From positions 7,814,001 to 7,878,000 of the forward strand of contig NC_058369.1 in the NCBI RefSeq assembly GCF_018350175.1: a stretch of DNA of 64,000 nucleotides. Direction: 5' to 3'. The notes below the pieces were generated by a model. It was given only the letters and a program-made list of their open reading frames with translations. It had not been told where the DNA came from and made no database searches. The position numbers and the translations under genes are program-made. This DNA comes from Felis catus. Taxonomy: Eukaryota. The first letter of the stretch is position 1; the number at the start of each line of letters is the position of its first letter. Shown piece by piece: positions 23,071-35,300 of this stretch.

Positions 23071-26000
23071 CTGTGGGGAGAGAGGTGGTGAGTGAGGCCG
23101 GGCTGCGGCCTTCTAGCGGCCCTGCCCGTGCCCTGCATATCCCTAGACGTTCTTACTGCTTGTTCTAGCCCAGAGCTGGCCCAAGGGACTCTGCAACGCT
23201 GGAAGTGGCCTGTAATCGGCATCATCCAACACGGCAGCCACCAGCCACATGTGGCTGCCAAAACTTCAGTGGCCAGTGCGGGGGAGGAACAGAACTTTAC
23301 ATTTTACTTAACTTTAATTCAAATTAAACAACGTACCTCCAGAACAAAAGCTACGTTCCGGTAAAATGCATCTACTTATAAAGACAGGCACTGAGCCTGT
23401 GAACCAGTTTGAAGACCCCAGGTCTAGAGAGCCATTCTCATGGAAGCTTCTAGTAATCCTGGGCCAGGTCCTGCGACTAGACCCATTTCACAGAGGAGGA
23501 ACTAGTGTGGCCAACGAGCGAGCCAAGTGGCAGGAATGGGATCAAACCAAGGTCTAGGAAGACACAAAGTCCTGTCTACCAGCACTATTACTGTTCCTAG
23601 TAACACCACCAGCCAGGGGCGCCTGACTGTCTCAGTCAGTAGTAGGGCACGCGACTCGTGATCTCTGGGTCACGAGTTCAAGCCCACACTGGGCGTAGAC
23701 CTCACTTAATAAAACAGTTGACGTTTACCGAGTGTTCAACCATTTTCCGTACTAGCATAGAAACCGTGGTTTGATGGGGTAACCAAGGCTGGGGAGCAGA
23801 GCCCCTTTCTTGGGCAAAGGTGGAGTCAGCCTGGTGTGCCTACTATGCTCATAAACGGCCCATGGTGACAGTGACACTCAATGGCAGGGGATATGCTGAA
23901 AGTTCCGTGTTCGCTGCTGGAGTCACACCGGAGGTGCTCCGCGTACGTAAACGAGCGCGTGGCACGAAAGCCTGGCTGCCTCCCATGCCGGCCACGAGGG
24001 GACGCGACCCCCCTTGTTCCTCTGGGAAGCCCAGAGGGGACACTGCTACCGGCAACGTGGGCAGGCAGGGCTGGGGAGGGACGGGCGGGGGACACCTCGC
24101 TCTCCCTGGATGCTCAGCTTGGCTGGTGGGCGGGCCTGGGGCGCGGTTACTCACGGTGGGGTCCATCTTGCTGATGGCGTCTTGAAGCATCTGCACATCT
24201 TTCACGTCGAAGCATTTCTGCAGTTCCTGCGGGTGCAGATGGGCCGGGGTCAGGAGCCGGGTCCCCGGGGAGTCCCGCCTGCTGCCCACCCGGGGCAGGG
24301 GAGCCGGAGCCGCACCTCAGGGAGAGACTCGTAGACCTCCACGGGGTCCAAGCCGCCGGGGCCGAGCCGCTTCCGGCGCTCCTCCTCCTCGTATTCCTTC
24401 ATGGCCTTCTCGATGCGCAGCTTGGCGCGGCCCCGCACGCGCTCCTTGAAGGCCTCCAGTTCGTCGTTGAAGCCCTCCATGTACTGGCGGTCGGCCGTCT
24501 GCAGGGTCGGGGCCGGGAGGCACTCACTGGGCTGGACCCAGGACCCCCCCGCCCCCCGCAGCAGGCCCTCAGACCCTCGGTCAGTCTCCTCCACGGGACA
24601 ACCTCCAAGCCAGTCCCACCGTCCACATGCTAACGGCCACCGGCCTGCACGCCTCCTGAGCTACAGACCTGTGATGTGACGCTCACCTCCTGCACGTCCC
24701 CGAGGGGCTCTGCAGGCATCTCAAGGTCGGCACAGCCAACCCGATCTCTGCATCACCACCACCGGCTGCCCGGGTAACTCTGTTCCTCCAGGCGCTTGGG
24801 TGAGAAACCCCAGGTGCCCTTGGCTCTGTCCCTCCCCCCGTAGGGACTTCCGGCACGTTCTGTCAGCTCCCCTTTTAGATTCTGTCTGGGGGCCAACTGG
24901 TCTGTGGCCCCTGCACATCTCTGCCCTCTCCTGATATCGCGGGTTCTGATCCCACGGGCCTGAGTCTGAGGTGGACACGTGGACTGTGGCCCGCGCCCCG
25001 AGGAGGCCCGCACCCCACCCGACCCGGCTCCTGGGCCGCGACCTTGATCTTGGTGAAGAACTGCCGGAAGCAGGCGCGGGGATCCACCTTCAGGCTCTTA
25101 GCCAGCTCCAGGATGAACTGCATGACGATGGTCTGGTGGGCCACCTGCTCCATGAGTGCACATTTCTGCCGAGGGAGAGCAGCGTGTCACCAAGTGGTGG
25201 CCTCAGGGCAGGGCCTTTCCCAGTCGCAGGGCAGGCTCCACTCACCTCCTCCACCTCTAGGTCAATGCACCAGATGACCAGGTAGTTGGCGGTCTCCTCG
25301 CACACCAGATGGACGTTGTCCGACAGGTACTTCTGGCTGTCGTCCCAGCGACGGAGCATGCCTACGAGACACCGTCGGTGAGGCGCTGAAGGGCCCAGGA
25401 GGCGGGGGGGGGGGGGGGCCAGCCCCTGTCGTCCGCACCCCCCACCAGGGGGCCCCCGCCACCCCGCGCCCAACTCACCAAAGTGCTTGATCTGTTTCTC
25501 GTACTTCTCCACGAACGTTTTGTGTTTCTGCTCCCTCACTTCCTCCGACTCCTCCTCCGCCTGCTCTGGCTTGGTATTGACCATGCTCTGTGATGGGGCG
25601 AGAGGGGGAGTGGGCTGGGGCGAGGCCGCACGGCGCCTCCAGCTCGGCCGGCTGGGCCGAGGCCGCAGCGCCCATCCCATCCACGGCGGAGGTGGTGACG
25701 GCGCCATGAGCATCGAGGCGGCGGGAGCGTGGGTGTGGCAGGTGTGGCCTCGCGCTAGGGCCTTCGGGCAGATCAGAGGGGGGTACCGGTGGGGTGCTCC
25801 ATCCGCCCAGCCCCACGCCCTTCCCTCCCCGCCCGGGGCCCGCCGGTCCATCCCTCCCTCCACCTGCACAATCCTTGCCCCCCACCTGCCCGCCCGCCAC
25901 CCGGTGCACCCTGCCCGGCCCCGCCCCCGCACCTTGCTGAAGCCGTCCTTGCTGAGCGTGTCCACGTTCCAGGGCATGCTCTTCTCCTTCTTGCGCATCT

Positions 26001-29000
26001 CCTCCAGCTTCTGCTCCCAGCTCCGCTCCTCCTTGCGCAGCTGCTGAGCCTCAGCCTGCAGCCGCTCTAGCTCCGCCTTGCTGCCCTCGCCCTCCGCCGC
26101 CTCCAGCTCCTTCAGCCTCCGCTGGCACTCGGCCACCTTGCGCCTGCACTCGCGGCAGCCCCTCTCCAGCTCCTCCTTCTCCTTCTGGAACTGCTCCATG
26201 CGCTCCACCCGGGCCTGTGGGCCGAGGCAGCCCTTCACTCGGGGGACGGGCCTGTCCCCTGACCCCAGCCCCGCCCCCTCCCGGCCGGCAGCATCGGGGA
26301 TGGCCCCAGGCGGGTGTCCGCACCACCCTCTGCACCACAGACACCCGGCGGCTTCCCTTCCGCCCCACCTGCACACACCTGTGCGAGTCCACCCACCGCC
26401 GAGAACCCTCCCTCCTCGGCATCCGCGTCACTCGTCACTCGGAGCAAAAGCCCAAGTCCTATTCCCGACCCTGACCCACAAGGCCGTGCACCATCTGCCC
26501 TGGCCCCTTCCTCCAGTCACAACGCTGCCTCCCCTTTCCTTGAACCCACTTCAAACCTCAGGGCATTTGTACCGGCTGCTGGCTCTCTCTCCAGATTTCC
26601 CTCCCACCACCGCTTACTCCCTCCCATGCTTACCAGTCTTTTTTTTTTTTTTTTTTTAATGTTTATTTATTTTTGAAAGAGACAGTGAGCAGGGGAGGGG
26701 CAGAGAGAGAGGGAGACACAGAATCCGAAACAGGCTCCAGGCTCTGAGCCGTCAGCACAGAGCCCGACGTGGGGCTTGAGCCCATGAACCGTGAGATCAT
26801 GACTGGAGTTGAAGTCGGACGCTTAACTGACTGAGCCGCCCAGGCGCCCCCTTACCGTGTTTTAGACACCGTACCCCTCTAAGGGTAATAGCTCCGTGGA
26901 GGTGGGCTCTGCTCACTCTCGTGTCTGCACACACAAGTGCACAGTAAAGGCTCAGGAAACACTCGTTGGGTGAATAAAGTAATGAAATACTGAATGGGGG
27001 TCTCAGGCTCCCCCTCTTCCTTGGAGCCGCCCTCAGTGACACTCGGGTGCCCTCCCCTGCTCAGCAACCTCCTCCAGCCATCTCTGGCCCTGTCTTTCCC
27101 TCCTTCTATGCTACCCAGTCCTCATGGCTCTCACTTCCAGATGTGCCTCCAATTTGCTCCACCCCAAGTATGGCTCCTGGACCATTGCCCAAACCCCTTC
27201 AGCTGTCTCCGGGCCAGTACCCCACCCTGAGCGTTAGCTTGGTACCCCCCAGTCTCCCATCCCCCCCACTCCAGCTATTGCTCCCCAGACCTTCTCTTCT
27301 GCTGCACCCCAAGCTCAGATAGCACCCCTCCTCATTCCTGCTCTCGCTCAGTTCCTCGTTGGACCCCCTGTAGCATCGCATGGCCCTGTCTGCTCTCCAT
27401 CCCTGCTCATCTCCATCATCTCAGTGCCTGCTCAATCCAGAGCCACCGACAGGGCCCTGAAAAGTGCCAGTGCCTTCCATCGCCGGTCCCCCAATCTAGA
27501 CTCAGAGGCTGCCAGAGGAGTCTTTGAAATACGCGCATCTTGGGGCGCCTGGGTGGCGCAGTCGGTTGAGCGTCCGACTTCAGCCAGGTCACGATCTCGC
27601 GGTCCGTGAGTTCGAGCCCCGCGTCGGGCTCTGGGCTGATGGCTCAGAGCCTGGAGCCTGTTTCCGATTCTGTGTCTCCCTCTCTCTCTGCCCCTCCCCC
27701 GTTCATGCTCTGTCTCTCTCTGTCTCAAAAATAAATAAATGTTAAAAAAAAAAAAAAAGAAACACGCGCATCTGTCTTCAGTCCTCCCGGATACCCCAAC
27801 CTGAACTGTCTGGGTTCAGATGGGAACCCTGACCCTTGCCCCGAGCCGCCCAGATGGCACCAAGGCCCCACAGGGGCCTGGGTCCCACTCTCCTCTCCCA
27901 ACTCTGGGTCCCAGGCAGATGCTGGCCCTTAAGGTTCCCCAAATGCAACAGCCCTCTCTTGACTCTTAGCCTTGCACATGCTGTTCCTTCCATCTGGAAC
28001 TCTTTTCCCCTCACTCCACCTACACAGAGCCTTCCGCAAGTGCCCCCACTCTGCATCAGTGAGCCCCAAAGGCCCCTTCACGATCATCAGAACATAGGAT
28101 AAGATGCTGGAGGACAGCCGCAGGACCCCAAATGTGGGGTCATACCCCATGGCCACCAAGTAAAGGCTGGATGTCCTTGGGTCAATCCCCTAACTTCTAG
28201 GGACCTCAGTTTCCTCATCTGTCAAATGCAGACAAAAGCACCCTCACGGGGTTGCACCGGGAGAAGCCAAGATTACAAGTTAGGACAGATGGTCCAGAGC
28301 CATGCTGGATACTCAGCCATGGTGGCTACAGTCCTTACTATCCGAGGGGACACTCCCTCTCTCTGCCTTTCTCTTTGGGGACTGTTCTGGGGCTCAAACA
28401 AGAAAAAATGCACTTCAAGCATTTAGGCGGATTTGCCAGAGCAAATGCCCGATAACTGGGAGTGGTTGTTGCCACAGTCACATCACCCAGCTCCACCACT
28501 TACGGGCAACATGACCTTGGCTGAGTCACTTCCACTCTCACAGCCTTCGTATTCCTCGTTGTGAAATGGGCCCTCAAGAGCTATTCCACGGAAACAGCTT
28601 GCATACTGTTCATACTCAGTAATGAACACACCCCACGGTTATCACCACTGTCGCGGCCGCCGCCACCAGAAAGGTCTGCTAAGTCACTTCTGTGCCTTAT
28701 TCGAGGCTGTATCTCCAGGTTCTAGCACAGAGCCAGGCACCTGGTGGGTGAGGGTCAGGAAACGGGGCCCTCCTCTAATGCCCCACAGGACCCATACAAT
28801 CAACCCCAAGCCTCACTTTCCCCCCATGTGGTCAAAGGTTGAGGAGGCCCTTGCTTTGTGGAGGGAAAAGAGAAAGAAGTCGTGGGCTCCATCACTTCCC
28901 CCACCTCCACGATGGGCCTGCGGGGCCCTGGAGGCTTCCTGCTGCCTTGTGAGAAGCTCTCTGGAGTTGGCATTACAGCTGGCCTCAGGTGGTGGCGGGA

Positions 29001-31864
29001 AACTATCACCCTGCTGGCCTATGCTGGGCGGCCACCAAGCTCTTCTCGGTGTCCTCTGAGTGGCCGCCAGGGAGGCTGAAGCTAAATAAAGCCATCCCGG
29101 AGCTGGCAGGGGCAGCGGGCTGGGCAGGGCAGAAGCCACCGCAGAGAGAAGGGGCCGGTAGGGCTCACCACCCTCCTGCCTTACGCACAGAAAGACCGAG
29201 GCTCACAGAATCTCAGTGCCCTACAGTTCAATGGAAGGAGCCACGAGGAACCAGTAACAGTAGCTGTATTTGGACAAGGAAGCCAGGGAACTGGGGCTGG
29301 GAGACTCCCTTGTCCCCTTCTGGAACCTCTGGAATTTTTCTTTACCACGAACGCGAATTACCTAAATAACAATGATGACAGAGAGCGGTTCAAGTTTACG
29401 GACGGCTCATCACACGTCAGATGTTGTCTCAAGGACATTACACACATTAAGTAAGGAAGGGAACCCCAGGGACGACTGGGTGGCACAGTTAAGCGTCCGA
29501 CTCCTGATTTCAGCTCAGGTTGTCATCTCGTGGTTCATGGGATGGAGCCCCGTGTCAGCCTGCCTGGGATTCTCTGTCCCTTTCTCTCTGCTCCTCCCCC
29601 CACCCCTGTGCGTGCTCTCTCTCTCTCTCTCTCTCAAAAAATAAAAAATAAATAAATAAAAACAAACATTAAAAAAATAAGGTAACTCCTCATAATGACC
29701 CTATTGGGCGGACACACTTAGTATTCCCAGCCGGGGAAATATAGGCACAAAGAGAGAAGACGACTCACTAGAGGTCGTACAGTAAGTCAGTGATTGAGAA
29801 GCGAGGATTGGAACTTAGGTGTGCTGGCCACCAGGCTACCTTTACACTAATCCCCCCTCCCCCTCCCATGTGGGGACTCTCTCTCCCAGCCCCGAGCCAA
29901 GTACCAGCTGGGCCTAATCTCGTCTCAGTCTTAGGATGGTCTCTAGGGGCAGGGAAAGTAAAGGAGTAACTGGGAGGGCTGGGATTAGAACCCAAGCTTG
30001 CCTGCCACTGAATGGGGCGCTAAAGATCGTCCCTCCCCTCCCCCGCCCCAACACTCTCCGCTACAGCTACAGGGCCCTTGGCAGGAGGGGGGGGGGGGGG
30101 AAGGCCCTGTGCCCAGAGGGAGGAAGGCATGGCGGGCAGGATTCTGCAGGAGAGGGGGCACCAGGTGGGAGCCTTCCCACCCGGCAGGACCAAACTGTTC
30201 TTCACACAGCTGTATAGATTAACCTCTTTACGTGACAGAAATAGGTGTTCCCAAGAATAGTCTTCAGAGCTCTGCGGAGGTCTTAAGCATTTCATAATAA
30301 AATGTTACACACGGCAAGTAAAGGAAAGTGCTAGAACTTTCTTCTTACACTCAGTGGCTTGCCTGGCAGGTAAGGCCCAAGAGATGGCTGCTTTAAGGTA
30401 AGGGCTGGACATGGGCTTGGGAACCAGATGTAGGGACTAGAGACACTGCAGGATGGGGAAGGGCCCTTCTAGGAGGTTCTGGATAAATGACTGGGAGTTG
30501 CTATATGCGAGGGTGGGGTGGGGAATTCCCAAGTGGAAGGTTCTGAGAAATATACACCCTCAGTGTGAGTGTAACATGCACAAGTATGTGGGTGTAGGAG
30601 CTCCGATTTGGGGGAGCAAGAGGTTAGAATATTAGGTCTTATGAGACCTGTTCTGTTGGTCTGTGAGCACTGCTGGGCAGGGAGAGGCGGGAGGACACCC
30701 AGGTAGGACTCCAGGATCTGGATTGGGGGGCAAATAGATGAAAGAAAGGGCAGCAAATTTGAAATCAGATTGGGAGGGTCCCTCATGAGAGCAGGGGCAA
30801 TTGGGGTGCCTGACAGCAGCAGACCAAGCTGGGGACAGGAGGGAGGCCAGATGGGTTTGGATGTTGGACCTGAGTTGGTATAAGGCATTCCTAGGCTACC
30901 TACAGGAAGCTGTTGGGGGTGGCTGGTGCCTGGGCTTGCAAAAGCAAGGAGGGGCAGGGGCTCTGGCTGTGCCGGAAGCCCTGCGGGGTAGGGCTTCCTG
31001 GACTAGTGGGAAATGGGGTCCACAGTAGGTGAGGCTAGAGTGGCTGGAATTGGAGGCTCCATCAGAGTGGAGCTGGTGGTTCAGTCCGGAGGGAAAACGG
31101 GTTCCAAAACTCCAGCCTGGATGGGACCGAAGGCCCTGGTGAAGCACCAGTCTGCATTCTAGGGAAGGGGTCCTGGGTTGGAATCTCAAGCCAGGAACAG
31201 AAATCTCAGGGGAGGACAGAGAGCCTTGTTCTGTTTGGAGAAGGAGCGGGATCTCTGGATCTGAATGGGAATCTCTGCCAAGAACTAGAGAGGAAGATCG
31301 CAGAATAAATTCAAACTATTGAGGACTCTAGTGATTGGAGAGGGACCGATGGTCTATCCGAGATCAGAAGTGCGTCCCCAAATATTACCAGGGTCCGGAC
31401 TCTGAGGCAGAGGTTTGCGAGTCAGTGGGAGGTCCCAGACGGGATTGGGGGACACCCCCAAAGCTTGTCTTATCAGTTTGTACTCGGAGGAAGGTGCCCT
31501 AGGGGTCAACAGGGAGTTCCATACAGAAATCGGAGGGGAGGCCTGGGATCTCAGGTAGGGACTCGGCGCCCTGACAGTTCTGGGGTCTAGAGTTGAATCG
31601 AGGAACCCCTAAGCGATATTAAAAGTCCAGACTATGCGTTGGGAACCCCAGGTGGCAATGGCGGGGTCCCTGGCAGTACTAAGGGTCAGAACTCTGGAGC
31701 GGAGACCCGGGCCGGGGGAGGGGGGGAGGGGGAAAGGAAGGGGATGGGCGCGCGCGCCTTACCTGGTGCCGCCAGCGAAAGAGACTGGCCGTGTCGATGT
31801 TGGGGTGCGTCTCGTCCTCATCGTCAGACACCTCGATGTGGTCCCACACGCTATAGTCCACCAT
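22915..31864 (-). CDS. CDC37: CDC37, Hsp90 kinase co-chaperone; complete spliced CDS, 8 exons, 1143 nt, 380 aa
   Basis: Starts [34 protein letters not shown] (includes the CK2 site Ser13) and ends ...GDKKDVSA*; all junctions GT-AG and in frame. Confidence 0.99.
23167..23330. mobile_element. MER3-like hAT-Charlie remnant in CDC37 intron 7
   Basis: tccaacacggcagccaccagccacatgtggctg...ttttacttaactttaatt. Confidence 0.6.
24155..24226 (-). CDS. CDC37: CDC37 exon 7 ([24 protein letters not shown])
   Basis: 72 nt, canonical splice sites. Confidence 0.97.
24316..24498 (-). CDS. CDC37: CDC37 exon 6 ([21 protein letters not shown]...[16 protein letters not shown])
   Basis: 183 nt, canonical splice sites. 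Confidence 0.97.
25043..25165 (-). CDS. CDC37: CDC37 exon 5 ([41 protein letters not shown])
   Basis: 123 nt; donor AAG|gtcgcg. Confidence 0.97.
25246..25361 (-). CDS. CDC37: CDC37 exon 4 ([39 protein letters not shown])
   Basis: 116 nt, canonical splice sites. Confidence 0.97.
25479..25587 (-). CDS. CDC37: CDC37 exon 3 (SMVNTKPEQ...YEKQIKHF)
   Basis: 109 nt, canonical splice sites. Confidence 0.97.
25933..26214 (-). CDS. CDC37: CDC37 exon 2 ([15 protein letters not shown]...[15 protein letters not shown])
   Basis: 282 nt coiled-coil exon. Confidence 0.97.
26639..26851 (-). mobile_element. CAN-SINE in CDC37 intron 1
   Basis: Poly-T followed by the SINE body ending ccaggcgcccc. Confidence 0.9.
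27542..27758 (+). mobile_element. Young SINEC_Fc-type SINE with target-site duplication
   Basis: Flanks gaaatacgcgcatct / gaaacacgcgcatct; body close to consensus. Confidence 0.93.
29469..29680 (+). mobile_element. Older CAN-SINE
   Basis: gggacgactgggtggcacagttaagcgtccgactcctgatttcagctcagg, (CT)n, A tail. Confidence 0.8.
31763..31864 (-). CDS. CDC37: CDC37 exon 1 coding part
   Basis: gcaagATGg start context, donor CAG|gtaagg, 102 nt. Confidence 0.98.
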
Positions 31865-32330
31865 CTTGCCTCAGCGGCTCAGCCCGCACGGGCTCCGGCT
31901 CTGACTCTGGCGGCGGCAGCGCTGGAGACTCGGCCTGCGGAGCCCCGCCCCTTCCGCTTCCGCCCGGGCGCGCACGTCCCCGCCCGCGCATGACGTTATA
32001 TCCCTAGTAACCGCGGTGGCGGCACTGGCGACCCGGCTTACCTTAAAGGGTCCTGCGCACGTGTTCCGGCCCCCGGGAGTCCCCGCAAAGACCCCGCCTC
32101 ATTGGGCGCGGGCCTCCACTGGGCACCTCCTGGGGGCATACGGACTGGCGTTCCGACCTCGATCCCCCCCTTCCGCTCTCCTGCTGCCCCCCGCTGGGCG
32201 TTTGCGGCGGCCGCGAGGGGCGGGGCAGAGAGCGAGTCCCCTTAGCCACGCCGCAGTGACGTCAGCCCGAGCCCTCTGCAGGGGCGGGCTTCGGCGGGAA
32301 GACCTCTCCCCCTGCCCCTTGAGACGAGGA
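31865..32330 (-). promoter_or_regulatory. CDC37: CDC37 5'UTR and CpG-island housekeeping promoter
   Basis: Tandem ETS/GABP-type CGGAAGCGGAAG on the minus strand (~31950-31963), GC boxes, CCAAT at ~32101, full CRE TGACGTCA at 32257-32264. Confidence 0.75.
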
Positions 32331-35300
32331 CCACACACAAGGCTGGGGAGAGGTGTCTGATCAGAGCACTTTCCCAGACCGAGGGGTACAGGGCCCTGCC
32401 CTGGAAAGGTCTAAGCGGAGGAGGAATACGGTCCTGCCTTTGGGGATGTGGGGGCGACGTGGCGCTGCCTTAGGGGTCTGTGTTTCCCTGACTCGGACCA
32501 CAGCCTCCCGCTGGCGTCCCAGCCCTCTGCCATTCCTGAGCTGGGATTCGCACACACACGCCCCCTCTAAAAATCACCCGGATCACCCTAACGGTCTCCG
32601 GAGCCTTGTCCGCGGCGTCTCCCCGTGCGACCGCTGGGTGTCGCTAATGTCAAGCCAACGGTCTGTGTGCTCCAGGCCCCGCGCAGACTGGGGACGGGAA
32701 GGGGATCGTGGAGGTGCGGAAGGAGGCTTTCCTCGTGGTGGTACTCTAGAATCGTTCGTAGCCCCTCCCCTTTGGTCTGGGGCCCCCTTCCTCGGCCGGG
32801 GCTCTAAAGACTCCATTACTGTGAGCTTGGGCGACCCCAGCTGCACCCTTGCGTACATCCCAACCCTCGTTTTGATACCGGGATAAAAGGCCGTGTTGCA
32901 GCCTAAGGCCAAGATTATCTCAGATTAAAGGGCGTTCCGTGGGGGCGGGTGAGATGGGAGGAGCTCCAGCCCCTCGGGTAAGGGGCGCTTTTTCCCAGAC
33001 TACCCCAAGGGTGTTTGGAGAGAAGGGACTAGAGGAAATGGATTGAAGGTCTCCCGAGGGGGGGGGATTCCCCTACCCAGGGAAGGGGAGGGGCCATCCA
33101 GACAAAAGCGCCCGCCCGCTGCCAACCCCTCCCCCTCGAGCATCTTTCAAACCCGCGAGTGGGCGGGCGGGGGCGGCGGAGTCCCCCTCTCCTCCCCCTC
33201 CCCTTCCCCCCCCCCTCCCCGCCAGCCCGGGCAGTCCAGCACCTCCGCGGCCGTCAAGGCCCGGGCACGCGCGCGCACGGACCCACACCCCAGCGGGTCT
33301 CACAGTCGCGCACACACACATACACACACAACAGCAAACAAAGGGTCTGGACACCCCTGTCCCCTCCCGCCCCTCAGGCCGGAGAGGGCCGGGCATCCCC
33401 TCCCCAGCCCCACTGCAAGGTAAGCTTCGGGCTGCGAGCTGCGGTGGGGAAGGGGACCCGGTACCCCGGAGGGAGGGGACCAGGACGCTGTGGGCTTTCC
33501 CCGCTCCCCAAGTAAGCCGGGGCCCACCCGTACGCCCTTTGAGGGCTTCAGGCTGGCCTCCGGGCTGTGGGTGTGTGGGGAGGACCCCAGATGCCAGCGA
33601 TTCCCGGGTAGCCGTGGAGGTCTCTCCCTGGCTCTGGAGACTGGAGCCGACCGGCCCCAGTGAAACGGGGTCCTGGGAGCCCCAGCTCCCAGAATTGGGG
33701 ACAGGGCGCCGGAAGCTTCCCCATCAGCGCCAAGACTTTCCTAATCTGCCAGCAAAGCATCTCCAGCTGGGCACTGACACGGAGCCCTCCGAGTTGATGT
33801 GCACCGTCCCTGGGTTTCCCACACCACCCCCCCCCCCCATCAGCGCATCCTCTGCTGTGTCTCTCGTACCTGTGAGGTAGGGGTGGGCGGCTGGTGGTCC
33901 TCTGAGCTACCTAGGCTTTCTCTGCTGCATCCCACAGCCCCACACCACTTCGCATCGGCTCTGCCTCCCTGAGCCTCGCTTTCCTCATCTGCAAAGTGGG
34001 TAAGGACACCAAGGATTTCATGAGGTCATGCATGGGAGCCTGCCTTTGCTCCGTCATTGATTTCTGAGCTCATTTCAGAGTATTTCCCAAGTGCCTACTA
34101 TGCTCCACAGCACTGTAGCCAGGTGGTGGGGCTACAGCAACCAACAAGAACAGCCTGATGCTTGCCGTGCCTATACCTGAGCCTGGCGAGGGAGCAAGGT
34201 CAGTGTGTGAAGAGAGGGATACCCACTGGCGAATCCAGACCCATAAAATCTTATAGGGCAGAGAGAATGACCGGGGTAAGGGTGCTTGGGATTAAATGAC
34301 ACATCTGGTTGGGGAGGGGGGGGTGGGAATGAGATTTCTGGTGGGTATCCGCCTCCCTTATTCCCTGGAGCTCCATGAGGGCAGGGCCGGGTCCAGAACA
34401 GTGCCTGGCACACAATAGGTGCTCAATAAATGTTGAATGAATTAAAGAGGGTATTAGATGAAGACTATTTTCATAGTACTTTAGATCAGGAAGGAGGCTT
34501 ATCATGAACCGATCCATCCTTCTGTTTTACAGATGAGGGGAGTGAGTCCCTAAGACCCAGAAAAGGGGGAAGATGTTGTCAAAGGCAATACAGGGAATTG
34601 AGGCATTAGCATCATTTTCATAAAGTGAGCATGGCTGAAGGAATAGGAAAGGAAGAAAACAGACACCAGCTTTGAGCACAGGACCCTCCAGGAACCCATG
34701 ATACCCAGCCAGCTCCCACCTCTCTCTCTATACCAACACAGACACAGCCCTACTGTGATGCATATCTGTTCAACAAGTATTTATTCAGCCCCTACTATAT
34801 GCCAGGTGCTGGGGTGAACAGAATGCAACTCCCTGCCCCCCACAGAGGTGACATTTAATGGAGAAGACAGAAAAATAAACAACACAAATCTATAAAAAAC
34901 CAGTGATGATTAGGAGACTGGCAAGAGAGAAAAATAGAAGGGTCCAGTTCAGGTTGGGTATCCAGAAAAACCTCCTAGAGGAGTTGAATTACTCTTCGAA
35001 CACACGCACACTTAAATCCAGACAGACATAATCTCACTAACAAACACCATATACAGGCCAGAGCCGACATAGCCAGAGAATGTGCCCGAGGCCACATAGC
35101 CAGGGAGTGACTGAGCAAAAATTCGAACCCAGACCTGCATTTCTAACTGCTGTGAAATGCTCCTTCCCACTGCATCGACAGGCACGTACTGTCCCCTCTC
35201 CCCACATACACACTCATACCATAATCACACAGAGGTACATCCAGTCTCACACCTACATAGGCTGGTATGGCTTCAGCCTGTCAGGTACACACACTCCAGC

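Noticed and set aside
23616..23710. tRNA-like sequence (also at 10818-10905)
   Set aside because: Short tRNA-derived CAN-SINE heads with A-rich tails; no intact cloverleaf.
25090..26376. 428-aa ORF as an independent gene
   Set aside because: It is CDC37 exons 2-4 read through two in-frame introns, with a non-ATG start.
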